Assembly (NCBI GenBank): GCA_973895155.1
Contig: OZ316898.1
Span: forward strand, 11,059,187-11,123,186
Direction: 5' to 3'
DNA from: Marsupella aquatica
Lineage: Eukaryota > Plantae > Marchantiophyta
Length of the DNA: 64,000 nt
Shown here: piece by piece, positions 24,834 to 37,005 of the stretch
Position numbering within the stretch: the stretch's first letter is position 1
Layout: every line of letters starts with the position of its first letter
Notes under the pieces: generated by a model
What the model was told of the DNA's origin: nothing
Seen by the model: the letters and a program-made list of their open reading frames with translations, nothing else
The model's database searches: none
Translations under genes and position numbers: made by a program

Positions 24834-27343
24834 TCATGTAACCTCACTGACACCAAGGTTAATCATGGGTTAGCCTCCATCCTTTGGGGACACATGTCAT
24901 GTCCTGGTGCATTTCGTTTGAACTTTCCGTCCCCTGACTGAGCTTTGTAACCATGCTAGTCATAAATTACTGTGTTGACTCTCCAAAAACGGGCAGCAGC
25001 ACTCTTTTGCGGGAAAGTGTGATTGTTGTCATGAGCTTTGCATCGTGCAGTCAAAGGTGAGCTGGGTAGGGTGTTGAAGGTGAGCTTGGGAGAAGCAACA
25101 GTGCGGGTGCGGGCATTCGTCTCGAATGTGAGATTGGGAAGAAACGGTGCGGTGCTGGCTCGGGTGTTCGCAGTGTTTACGTCTTGATTGACCTCATTGC
25201 AATGTAAACTACAGGTGTTGTGGTCGATGTCATCACATTGTTTTCTTTGGATTTTTCCGCAACAATCCCTCACCTTTCCCAAATGATCCTTTCCCACACA
25301 TTACCTTATGGCAGTAGTTTAGATTCATTTCTATTCATTTGTTATAGCAATAGTAGTAGTCCAATGCAACCAACCTGAACACTCCCGTTGCGCTTTCTGT
25401 CACATACAAAAACTAGACAGAGGTTTGTACTTTCAGTGACTGACTTTGAAGCATTGAATAACTTCCTTTGGCTCGTTGTGCGTTCATTGGTTGTAGTCAG
25501 GAAGCACCTTCGTCCAGGCTGCATCTCCATCCAGGCATTGACGCAGCATTATCAACATTGTGCAGCACCTCCATCCAAGCATCAGCGCAACATTCTGAAG
25601 ACTATGCAACTCCTCCATCCAAGCATGAACGCAACACTATTAAGACTGTAGGAAATTTCAGCATAGTCATTGTTTCTCATCTTTGGACGATTGTTATATG
25701 TGTAGTGTAAGGTTCAATTTGACTGTTTCCCTTCATTTTGGAATGTAGTTTCCATCGGCTATCCGATCTTTTCTGAATGTCGTTCCTATTGGGTAAAGTG
25801 GCATGAAACAGCGCCACAAGCTATTGCTGACCTGGGTTATTTGTGGCATCATTTTCTATTCAGGTCACCTAAACTCTTTACTTGGAAAAATGGCAGATGC
25901 ATCCTCGATTCCACACGGCAAGATTGCAAAGGTGAAAGTTTACAATCCAATGACTGAGAAAGTTGAGTCACAGCAAAAACGGATTGAACCTGCCTTCAGG
26001 CCATCGTGGGAAAGGTTTGCTCACAACTGCTGAATAAAGATAAACTACATTTGTTAATTTGAAATGATTCCTGTGCACAGGATTTTGCAGTATTAAGTGT
26101 GGCAATCTTCTTACCCATTATTTATGTGTGATTTTTTTCCAGGGTTCCAGTGTCCAACAAGATCGAATCTTGTTGTTTCGATTCAGAAGCTATGAAAGAT
26201 TACATACAGGAGTATCACACATTCCTTGCCAATCCAAAATGGAAATGGAAGCTTGTATTGTCTACTCAGGTGGACTTGAATAGGGCCTGGGTACGCCTCA
26301 CACCATTCAAGTTTTGATCAGTTGAGGACAGTGACAACATTGGGCGGACTTACTGCTTCCGGTTTGAGGATTGCCAAATTGGTCAGCAGCAAAATATCCA
26401 ATCTGGAATCCAACAGAGATTTTACTAGAAGGAAAGGCATTTCAAGATGGAGACCTATCACTTGCCTATCCAACGATTAATACGTGCAAACCATACTTTT
26501 CTTCGCTTAAACCGTTGGTATCGTATTACGGGGTCGTGGAGGGACGCTATTTGGAGGATTTCCACACCTAACGATGAGTATGTTTGATTCCGCTCCCGGA
26601 AGCAAAATTTTTGATCAAGTCTACCGACTAGTCCCCCTGCATTTGATCAAGTCCCATGGACTACGCCACACACACACTCCTACTGGTCGTTGGTGGAGTG
26701 TTGTCACCACCCCTCCTACGTACTCACCTGGTCGACCAAACCGTGCAAGTATTCCTTAGACACTTCTTGGGAAAGAACACAATCGTGAGCTGAAAAAGAT
26801 AACGCCACACCAAAACTTGAGGAATCGAACCAAATCCAAATCTTTTGGCAAAAAGTGGTAACACATTGCAAGGACAACCCGGCCTCCTGCCGTTTGCCCA
26901 ACTTCTGCCTCACTGGGGCAAGCGCTACACCTCTACCTCACTACTCTGGCTCTAATTTATCTTCTGGCTATGAACTAACTTCCCTAACACCAACGCTAGA
27001 CTGAGTTCCCCCCTTGTTACTATGGGCCTCTCCCCCTAAATACTGAAAAAAAACACCAAAGCACCCCTCACGGAATGGCAACAACGGTGGCAACCCTAGC
27101 GGCGCCGCCAAAAACATCTAAGAGATAAACTAACCTAAAGCGTGCAGCACACACACGCTGTGAAAAACCCTAGCCCACTACGGTACCAACGGTGCCTTCG
27201 TCGGTACTCACATCCACTCCGTAGTGCATAAAAAGCAAGGCCCTACACTAGTCTTCATCGGACTCACTGACTGAACCAGGGCTCCACCCCCTGGAATCCT
27301 CACCTCCACCACTTTGTCCAGAAGGGGAGGCCTCACTCCTAAC

Positions 27344-27645
27344 CTACTGTACCGGGGGAGTCCAGACGGGAGTCCGACCGGAAGTGCTCCGCCTCCTTAA
27401 TGCAGCTAAGGCTTGCCAAGCCTTCACATAACCCTGGCTAATAGTGTCCTTCCATAAGGCAGCCTCTTCACCTCCCTGCAACTGCAAAGGTAAGACCTGG
27501 CCGGTAGCCAGAGGAGTCCCTGGGTTTACGGATCGGGGTGGCATCCCTGGCACCGGGATTCCGGCGGATATGGTGGCACCGTGACTAGCAGATACGGTGG
27601 CACCGTGACCGGCTGGGGTTTCTCGTGATGACTTACGGGTCTCTC
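27344..27645 (-). pseudogene. 3' end of the retroelement-type ORF split by the CACTA insertion
   Basis: Removing the CACTA and one CTC copy joins ...EKQLR (from 45893) in frame to ETRKSSRETPAGH...TPPVQ*. Confidence 0.75.
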
Positions 27646-27675
27646 CACTAGAAGAAAACCACCCATTCTGAGACC
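27646..27675 (+). repeat. CACTA left TIR
   Basis: Bipartite match to the right TIR: first 11 bp and last 8 bp identical, 21/30 overall. Confidence 0.9.
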
Positions 27676-29418
27676 CTCCCCTATGTGACTTGTGCGAGAC
27701 CTTCATAAATATGCGACTCCAAGTTTGTGGGTGTCATGTTAGTTACATCATACCAACTAAGTTTTGGTGAGGTTGTGGGAAGTCATGCTTACAACTTTAT
27801 CCAATGTCGCTATTGTAACACTAGTAAGTAAGAAATAGGTAAGTTATGTTAGTTACTCCACAATAGTGCAATATGAATTGGACATCATTTTTTAAAATTC
27901 CGTCAGCATGCATACCCCATTAGCCAATTTCGGATGCCAATCCCTAATATGCAACTCCCGGTGCAACTACATATTGCACACTCATGGTTCAATAAGTCCA
28001 AATATAATGGGTATAAATATGGGGGTTTTCATCAGAATGGTGGGTACTTTCACTTATAATGTGGATTCATACCTGACTATATTTGGCCTTGTTCTTGACC
28101 AAAGTGCACTCTCCCCACATTGAACTTTTTGCTAAGTCATTTGCATTGGTTCTTTTATGTCCAAACCAACCTGTTTGCTAAGTCACTCGATGGCTGCCCA
28201 CATGTGAGGGGTACTACTTTCCCTCAGGGTCAGTGTACCTTGGAGGTTGGTTTTGCGAGAGATTTTGGGGGTACTACTTGCCCTAAGTGTTCAGGGTCAG
28301 TGTGCCGCAGAGGTTGGTTTTGCGAGGGAAATTGGGAGTCGACGACCTTCATTCCAGCTGCACTCTTCGCGAACTTCCTGCAGGGTCGTTTGAAAGTGTT
28401 TGAGCGCGACTGGACTTTAGGGTGCAAATGTGTTTAGGATTGGGCCTGCTACGAGCGTCAGTGTGGAGGTCTGCCAATCAGTTTTGAGGGGAGTCCATTG
28501 TCGCTTTTCAACCTGCTGGTGAGCTAAGCTGCTATTGAGTTTCAAGTGAGAGCTGCCGACTTGGAGTTGAGCTCTACGAGGTGGTGCCTGAGTGTACATC
28601 TGCTCGACATACTTTTGGGAGCTCGTAGTTGGTAGGAGGGCCAAGTCATTGCACAAAAAGTTGCAGCCGTGACAGTGCAAACTAGCTAGGCGGAGGCTGG
28701 TTACTGCAAGCAAGGCGGAGGATCACTGCGAGCTAGGTGGAGGAATGCTGCGCTGCTTCACATTGTGAAGAGACATGCTGCATCGGCCCAAGTAAGGTTG
28801 CATTGACCTATCTATCTCTATGTCTATAAGGTCCTAACCGATAGTCTGCTTAGTGAGGTCCTGCTTTAAGCTACATTTGTGCGATTGATTGTGTCCTCAG
28901 AAGCTTAACCATCACATGGGGGAACGGTAGCGAGAAAGGAGGGGTGGAGCCTGATGGTCGCCAAATATTCAAACAGGGTCGCCTTGCTCGATATTGGTCT
29001 CATTGTTTTTTGCTACGGTGTGAAGGCGGCGGAGCTTCTAGTCTGACCTTTGAGTGACTTGCGGTGAGCTTCTAGTGTGGCTATTGAGGTCGACTGACCT
29101 GCATTGACCGAGCTGATCAACCTACTGAGCTGCCATTGGGAGTTGGAGGTTGTGTTGCGTTCAATTTTGGAGTCGGGAGGCTAAATGCGATAGCTCTGTT
29201 CCGGGCTCTGTTTAGCTAATGCAGACGTTTCTGCTCAGGAGACGAGGTAAAATCTATCGACCTTCAAGCTGTTGTGAGGTTCATTGAAGAGGGAGGTTGA
29301 ATGCCTAGCGCTATGAGGTGAGGAAAGAGAGTATGGCCAAGCTGCATCTTTAGGGGTTTTGCTTCAGCTTTGACCATCTTTCATCGTCGTAATCGCTGCT
29401 CTCGCCTATCGCTACATG

Positions 29419-30464
29419 GCGGATTGCTGCTCTGCCCTTTTGGCATGGGTCGCCGGCCTGCTGGATGCTATCTCCAGTTTAAAAACAAGTCATATCCTAA
29501 GTCCCGGTGTTGCAGTAGTGTCCCCGACTCTAAGATGGAACAGAGTATCATCTTTCTTGTTTCCTGCTGCTGCTGATGTATGTCTATTCTCCCCTATTTT
29601 TGCTTACTGATTGGTCTCTCCACGCTTCTTGCTTGACTTGCTGCTTCCTTCAATCCCCTATCGCGGACTCACCTCGTGGCTGCAAGTATAGTTGTCTAGG
29701 TGATGTATGCATTGCGTGTTTAGGGTCTAGGTGACATCGCTGCTGAGCAAAATTCGCGAGCTGCCTAGGTCCATTGCCGAATGCTGCTTCCTTCAATCGC
29801 CAGGTGCCTGCTGTTACAATTGCCTACTCAATCATGCACCCAATCTCCTGGAGCTCATTCGCCTAGAGCTTCATCCGTCAGATTCAAACTATTATTGGAC
29901 CTCCCTGTTGCCCGAAGTGTATACACTCCTAGCATTGTCGTCCCAAACTGCAAAACGCTTCTCCCTGTTCTGTCCTCGTGCTTCACTATTTGTATTCAGG
30001 TGTTTTTATCAGTTTCAGAGGGGAGGTCATTGTTTCTGCAAGTTGTTGGTGAGCTAAGCTTCCGCTGTGTGTAGGTTTAGGGAGTTGCGCGTGCGAGCTA
30101 ACGACTTGGACCTGAGGCCACAATCTTTTAGGGAGCTTGGAGTGGAAGCCGACAACTTGGAGCGGGACTTCAACTTGCTATTACTAGCTACCTTGGACAA
30201 AGGTGACAGTCAGTAGCGCAAAGGTGAGACTCGGTAGTTTTAGCGGATTGTTGCTCTGCCCTTTTGCCATGGGTCGCCGGCCTGCCGGATGCTACTAGCA
30301 GATTAAGAACAACTCATATCCTAAGTCCCGGTGTTGCAGTGGTGTCCCCGACCCTAAGATGCCACCCAAAATCATCTTTCTTGTTTCCTGCTGCTGCTGA
30401 TCATGTATGTATGTTCTCCCCTATTTTTGCTTACTGATTGGTCTCTCCACATTTCTTGCTTGAC
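29419..30464 (+). repeat. ~220-bp direct repeat pair inside the CACTA 5' region (29419-29637 and 30243-30464)
   Basis: GCGGATTG(C/T)TGCTCTGCCCTTTTG...CATATCCTAAGTCCCGGTGTTGCAGT...CTATTTTTGCTTACTGATTGGTCTCTCCAC is present twice with scattered substitutions. Confidence 0.85.
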
Positions 30465-33400
30465 ATGACTGTTTTGCTCCTCCCTGTATCAGAACATGCC
30501 TTGTGCCCCGTGCTCTGGCAATGGGGTGGGGGGCTGAACAGACGGCCTTAAGGTCCACTAAATTTATAGGAACCGTGCAATCGTTCAGCTGATTTTAGCA
30601 GCAAGTTCCCTTGCTTTCCCCTATTTTTGCTAAGATCCCTCCCCACTAATCACATGCATCCTTTACTTTTCTCGGTGGCCCGTGCACCTGCCTTCCTACT
30701 TTCGTTCTTATGGACTTTCCTTAGGTTTTCTTTCACCTGATTTTGGACTTTTTGCTCCGGTGGAATCTGTCTTGACAACTTGTGTTTGTTCTAATTGTTA
30801 ATATCTCAAGAGGGTCGTCAACTAAGCTCACAGGAGTCAAAGCTAACTACAAGCTAGCAAATAGGGAGAATGCTCCCAAGTCGAGTCAGGAGGAAGTTAC
30901 TAAAACTAGACCTTCAGAACTCTCGAAACTGGAAAGTGAAATTCAGCCTGAGACACGCAGCTGAAGGCCACAAGGATAACTATATGGCCACGCTGTCCCT
31001 CATTCAAGTCCAAAGTCCTCTTCAGATTGTCTGAACTCCTATCTGAACTCCTGAACTGGATGAAGTCCTGTCTGAATGTGAAGTTCAGATTGGCAATCTC
31101 AAATGGCAAGTTCTGAACTCTTGTCTGAACTTCATCCACCCTTCTAAACTGGGATTTGTGCTACGTGTATAGACTCCACATTGTTGCTTCTCCCTTTCGG
31201 GCCAGCCCTCCTTGTGAAACGTAGGAGCACGATCATGGCACTTACACATAGTCTGACATTCAAAAAATGTTACTTCTCAGCAGCATGTTTCGAGTAGTTT
31301 GCCTGTGTGTTGAGCCCGGGGTTGAGCCTAATTATTTGTTTATTGCTTTAGTAACATGCATGGCCAATTGGTTTCTCTTCATGTAAAGGCAAGTTTTTGA
31401 AACTTACTACTTGAATTGGTGGTTTGAATTTAGTTAAGTGTTGAGAAATTAGCATTCACACTAACTATTTTTCTTTTGTGATTGAGTTCTCTTTGCTATT
31501 GAATGTATTGAATAATTATTTCATCACAGAAATTTTCAGAACAAACACGGAAGCACCAGGGGGCTGAGGATTGGATATTGAGGCTGAAGACATTGAGGTA
31601 ATAAACTGGGTGTGGTTCGGGTGACAATGTTAGCAACTGGTGCTTCTTCAGGGGAACTTCCCATGTGCAAAATATCCACACATGATTGACTTTGGTTCTT
31701 GCTGTTTTTCTTTTGGTGTACTCTTCAGTTTGGTGTCACTCTATCCTTTCTTGTAGCCTCGAAATAGGAACACACCTGCTTAGTGGTCCCCAATTGCCCA
31801 ATGATTTATAATGACTGTGTCTAGGCGATGTATGCATTGCGTGTTCATTCCAGAAGAATGAATATGTACACTTTGCACAAACCTGGACAGATTTTGAATG
31901 TTATTTATCTGAGTTTCTGTTTGTGAGCTCTGACTTGGAGCCTTAACATTTGTGTTTTTGTGGGGCTGAGCAGAGTTTGTTCCGTCCAGAAGCTGCTGTA
32001 CTGAAGTGATCGGCCTCCGGCTTGGAGGTGAATCTTCAATTTTTTGTGGATCCGAGTGACTTCTGTCCAGCTGAGTTTTGCTTTGTCGGGACGATTGTGT
32101 TTGGCTAAGATGCTAGATTGTGGCTTGTCTTCTTGCTTCCAGCTTGTGTATATTCAATTAATAGAAGTTGGGAACGAGGTGATAATTGAATTTCCTTATA
32201 TTAAGCATCTTGACCTAGAAACTCAATACATAAACTCCTGGAGTCCCTCGGGACATAAAATGAGCCAAATTGTTTCAAAATTGGGAACCTACACCCGCAC
32301 TACTCAAACAAATGTGTTGGGCTTGGTGGCCTTGTAAGTCGTCTTTAGCTTTCGCGATGGAGGTTGAATCTTGCGGTACGTCAAGGGGAACTTGATCTTT
32401 GAATCATGGAACTGCTTGGTACTTTCTCGCTTGCACAGAGAGACAGGGACTGTCGTAGTCTTGATGATCTGGATGCAAGGGAACCGAACTCTATGACAAG
32501 AAGCCATCTCATCATACATCTGCTGTGTGGTTGTTTAATGTGGTATCACAATATTTCTTGTACATGTTGGGATAACCTGTACAACTCTGATACCTCACCC
32601 AGATACCAAAGTTCTTAATTGTGGTGGGCTTCTTTTCGAAGATCTGGTAGACACATTATTCAGCATTTGCTAACTTCGAAACTAGAAGGGTAACACATTA
32701 AACAACAGAGAAACTCACAACATCCTCCTTTGGTCCTTCAGAGTCTGTACTTTGATTATGAAGTTTGATTGAGTTTCTGTTTACTGAAAGAATGTGACTG
32801 TGTAAGAGTTCCGTTTGGCAGTGGATTGGTTGAAGCACTTCATGCTAGTGTGTTGTCCACAGCTCTTCAACCAGCTTTCGTCTTCCTTGTCTTTCACCAC
32901 TTACGATGACATCAATTCAGCTAAGACCATAGAAGGTTCCAAAGCATCTAACTTGTAAAATCGCATTCTGTTACATCAAGGACTAAGGTGTTGGGTGCCA
33001 AAGGAGACAGCACAACAAACACGCTGAAAAGACTTCAGGACTGGGTTCAACAAGGTAGTGAAGGTGCTTAGAGCCATAGTAAGTATGCATTCTGTATTTT
33101 TCTCTGTTGATGTGAGCTTGTGCATAATGGGAGTTGTAGTTGGCAAGAGTTCCAAATATGAATAGATCCAGAAGTATGTGATCATGTACTTGCTCTATAA
33201 AGTTCTGAAGATATAAGCATTTTCTGTTAGACCAGGCAACTTGGGAGTTGGTAAGTGTCACCTGCATCTGAGGGGCTACACCGGGGGCATCAGTGGAGGT
33301 TCACTTGCACAACACGACAACCAGTGAATTTTCTCTCTGCTGCAACCTGCAAGGTGAGACTTTCGGTCTTTCTGGATGAAAAAACAGGATTTTAATACGA

Positions 33401-33638
33401 TTGATATACATGTCCATCGAGAATATGGGTTTATCACCAAGCTCTTTGTCTTAGGAAACTCATAAACTCAGAATCAAATATGTACTATGCACGTTTCATG
33501 CTATGTGTATACTATGACCTGTAGTTGAGTGGGAACTGATTAGTTTAGGTGGTTGTTGTTGGCGAGGCAAGTCGACCTCCTGCTCACCTTGCTCATCAAA
33601 GGACGTGAACAGAGGACATCACAACAAAAGCAACACTT

Positions 33639-34088
33639 ATGGTGAGGACCCGCAACGCTGAACATGTGCGACTTGCACGCAAGGCAGAGATGTTGCGCCT
33701 TGAGTATGTCAGACTTGGGATCCTTCCAGCCCAGTCTGCATGGTACTTTGAGTACCCTGTTGTTTCCAGGAACAACTACAGCCGGCCTCTACTTGCTTCA
33801 GTACCCTTCCCGACATCCTTGGTATTTGTGTCTCTTGTACATGACCCGCCACAAATTAGGTGCCAAGGGTGTGTACACAGTTGCCAATATGACTGTCCTG
33901 CCTGTAGGGCTTCTGGCCCAGAATTGGATGACCGTTCTCTTGGATGCCGATTTTTGCATAGAGCACAATGTATCATTTGGAACCACTCGCCATCCTGCAG
34001 TGTGCCTGGTGATGTCACTTGTCCTGCCCTCCCAGACCCCACCACCGGTGACTTTGGTGTCTACACATGTTTGGATCACATGCTCTAG
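33639..34088 (+). CDS. CACTA cargo ORF1: 149-aa Cys/His-rich protein with a PHD-like zinc finger
   Basis: ATG start MVRTR. The pattern CQGC..C..CPAC-x13-C-x7-CIIWNH-x3-C...YTCLDH includes the CxxWxH motif typical of PHD fingers. Confidence 0.55.
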   Translation: MVRTRNAEHVRLARKAEMLRLEYVRLGILPAQSAWYFEYPVVSRNNYSRPLLASVPFPTSLVFVSLVHDPPQIRCQGCVHSCQYDCPACRASGPELDDRSLGCRFLHRAQCIIWNHSPSCSVPGDVTCPALPDPTTGDFGVYTCLDHML

Positions 34089-34703
34089 AGGACCACTTGT
34101 CACACCGCATGCACAGACCAGATACCATTGACCTATAGCTTAACACTCTGACTTCAACACAGAGGATATTTACTTAAAATTTTGATGTATGAGCAATTTT
34201 GGGTCCAGGGTTTAGGGTCAACAGTATATAACTTATATCCTATTATGCCTGCACTAAGCAAAATATCCTAATTTAAGAGGCTAGCAAACTCGCATAAAAG
34301 TCTCTATTGAAAGACTGCTTTCATGACTGCTTTAACCTGGTGAACATTGCAACGTTGAATGAATTAATGGGCCATGTGATAATATGCAAAATGATTTATG
34401 CCTCACTTATTTGTCTCAGCCACTATCATAACCTATTTAGGATGTATAAATTTCAACCCTTATGACACTGCTTCATACCAATCCTCTTCGAAGAATGCCT
34501 GTTTTACATGTCACGACTATTGTATGTGATTCAAATGCATGAAATGTTGTTGCAGATCTCCTTTGGTGAATCATAGCCACAATTAAAATTGAGGTGTTGG
34601 TGGAGAAATTGTATTAGGGGATCAGTTTTGTGTGTGGGCTCAACATACCAAAAGTATGTGTGCTCTGCATCCTTGTGTGGCCATTCCAATTCATTGCAGT
34701 AGC

Positions 34704-34847
34704 AAATGCCTTTGTACCTTAAATGCTAAATATATTTTACTTTCTGTGCAGTCTGCTAAATTGTAGAGTCTATCTAAATGCCTTTGTACCTTAAATGCTA
34801 AATATATATTACTTTCTGTGCAGTCTGCTAAATTGTAGAGTCTATCT
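34704..34847. repeat. 72-bp tandem duplication just upstream of the EDM2-like ORF
   Basis: 34704-34775 and 34776-34847 are near identical; each contains TTTCTGTGCAG. Confidence 0.9.
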
Positions 34848-34858
34848 CATGCGCAGGC

Positions 34859-35539
34859 ATGGCACGGCCTAAAATTCAAGCCAAAAAGCGTGTGACAGAG
34901 GTGAGAAACACAGGTGTACTTGGGGCAGATGCTACTAACTTCTCTGCAAGTCAGATTTTCCAGAAGGCAGCTCATTGTTGTGCCATTTGTGACGATGGTG
35001 GGGGCCTGGTCATTTGTGAGGGCCCTTGCATGAGGCATTTCCACCTCAACCCGGAGTCTGACCTTGCTGCAGAAAACAACTGTCCAGGGGTGGGCCTCCC
35101 GTCAACACACCAGGGAGACTGGATGTGCACTGATTGTTTGGAGAAGCAGGCTAAGTGTGCACAGTGTGGGAAGTTGGGGTCCTATGAGGGCTCTGTTGAT
35201 GCTGCAGCAAATGTTAGGAAATGTCCAGACCGTTTTTGTGTGAGATTTTTCTGTTTTGAGTGTTTGCCTGCTCATGCCACAGCTTGCCCACTTCATAGGT
35301 GCAAGGCATGTGGTGAGCATGATGATGACTACTGGACTGACATAGTCCACTGTGCTAGGTGTCCCACTATGTGGCACTATCATTGCCTGAAAGATCATCA
35401 AGCAGAGGGTTATGCTTGTGACAGAGAAATCTATGATCACTCTGCACATGGTGTTGATCGATGGATATTTTATTGTCATCGCCATGCCATTGATCCTACC
35501 TCGCGCACTCCTGTGAGAGATCACATATCTTGGCTGTGA
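34859..35539 (+). CDS. CACTA cargo ORF2: stand-alone EDM2-like composite PHD finger protein (226 aa)
   Basis: The sequence reads CAICDDGGGLVICEGPCMRHFH...C.GVG...CTDC..K..CAQCGKLGS...CPLHRCKAC...CARCPTMWHYHCL...IFYCHRHAIDPTSRTPVRDHI. This follows the EDM2 PHD cassette as I recall it (CAICDNGG..CCEG.C.RSFH...CPLHKC...CRRCP..YH.KCL...IYC..HEID...TPVRDH). Intronless, with no other EDM2 domains. Confidence 0.85.
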   Translation: MARPKIQAKKRVTEVRNTGVLGADATNFSASQIFQKAAHCCAICDDGGGLVICEGPCMRHFHLNPESDLAAENNCPGVGLPSTHQGDWMCTDCLEKQAKCAQCGKLGSYEGSVDAAANVRKCPDRFCVRFFCFECLPAHATACPLHRCKACGEHDDDYWTDIVHCARCPTMWHYHCLKDHQAEGYACDREIYDHSAHGVDRWIFYCHRHAIDPTSRTPVRDHISWL

Positions 35540-36132
35540 AGCTGAACATTGTACATGCACAGTGCACCTGATGTGGATGTACTATTTTTTGAGATTGCAG
35601 AGATTCCAATTTTGAAAAGGAGTTGGGTAGGCGAGTTTATATAGGCAGCACTTATCTTGTGCTCTGGCGTCAGTGGCTGGGTACATGCCTATACAAACTT
35701 ATCCTTACAAGCCTTCTTGGAAGTATTTAGGCTGAGTGGTCATTTTCATAAACACTTTCATCACACTGCTAAATTAAAACAGGACTTCTAAGTTGTAAGC
35801 GTATAAATTATCAGGCATGCAATTAATCAAATTGCCCTATAAGTTTGTCATTGAATGTATCCTCCTTTACAACAAAATATGTATGTGCCATGACAAGTTG
35901 GTTGCACTTCATTTCACCACGGATATGGATTTTGTAGTATATATTCAAACAATGTCCTGCATCCGTGCAGGTGCCTAGTACGTATTGTGTGACATATCCC
36001 TTGTACCTATCAAAATCGGACCTGAGCACCAGTGGGCCAGATCAACTCAAAAAGCAGGAATTTTGTTGTCCTTGTATTGTCAGGTGAACCCATTCTTCCA
36101 AAATTCACTGTCATCACGTAGGGTGTGTGTAC

Positions 36133-37005
36133 ATGGAGCCTGGTAAACGTAGAAAGTGTGACCACCCAGCAGTGTTTACAGGGGTCAGAGCGATTTTGGT
36201 CCATGGCCAGCATGGGTTGACCAAAGTGCATTGGCCAACTGTACAGAAACGATTCTCTGAGCTCCATGGCACTGTAGTTCAGGACATCACTCCAGAGACT
36301 ACACATGTTGTTGCAGGGACATGGCTATCAGTGATAAAGAAGTGGTCATGGTCCTACATGAATTCTGCAATTACTAAGCAAGGCCTAAAAGTAGTTGAGG
36401 CCTCTTGGATCACAGATTCCATAGCACATAAGATTGTACAGGATACTGAGCAATATGAGTTGTGGGAGGATGAAGAAGCTACTGCATCAGCTTGGGCTGA
36501 ACAAGAAGTCTGGGAAGCAAAGGCACGGCTTGCTGATCTCCAATATGGACCTGTACTCAACAAAGGACAGAGCTCTACAAGGCTGAAGAGTATGTTGGCT
36601 GAGGAGACGAAGCAACCAACCCCCATTCTGAAAGGGCTGAGCATGGTATTTGTGGAGGCGGGAATTGGAGAGGTTAAGTGCAAAGTGTACAAGTCCACAG
36701 TGCTTGACCTAGGTGGGACAGTGGAGGAGAATATAACAGAGGACACCACTCATGTCATTACTAAGTCATATCCCAAAGCCTGCCGCAAGTTTGGGAAGGG
36801 AGACATTCGCTTTTATGTCATGTCCCATAATGTGTTTGTGGTTTCATATGCTTGGCTTGTGGAATCAGTAGCAGCTGGGAAGCGTCAAAACCCAATGGAC
36901 TATGATCTTTTTGAGGCCTGGCCACGGAAGGGTCAGGATCCTTACAGAGAGGACTATGAGACAACAAGTGAGGAATGGGTCATTAGCGATTCTGAATCAG
37001 AGTGA
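36133..37005 (+). CDS. CACTA cargo ORF3: tandem BRCT-domain protein (~290 aa)
   Basis: Repeat 1: VFTGVRAILV...LHGTVVQDITPETTHVV...VVEASWITDSI...YEL. Repeat 2: ILKGLSMVFVEAGI...LGGTVEENITEDTTHVI...KFGK...VSYAWLVESV...YDL. Repeat 2 resembles the plant DNA polymerase lambda BRCT as recalled. ATG at 36133. Confidence 0.85.
   Translation: MEPGKRRKCDHPAVFTGVRAILVHGQHGLTKVHWPTVQKRFSELHGTVVQDITPETTHVVAGTWLSVIKKWSWSYMNSAITKQGLKVVEASWITDSIAHKIVQDTEQYELWEDEEATASAWAEQEVWEAKARLADLQYGPVLNKGQSSTRLKSMLAEETKQPTPILKGLSMVFVEAGIGEVKCKVYKSTVLDLGGTVEENITEDTTHVITKSYPKACRKFGKGDIRFYVMSHNVFVVSYAWLVESVAAGKRQNPMDYDLFEAWPRKGQDPYREDYETTSEEWVISDSESE

Noticed and set aside
27176-27226. Tiny CACTACGG...CCGTAGTG inverted pair
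   Set aside because: Only an 8-bp match over about 50 bp with no matching TSD; likely chance or a local hairpin.
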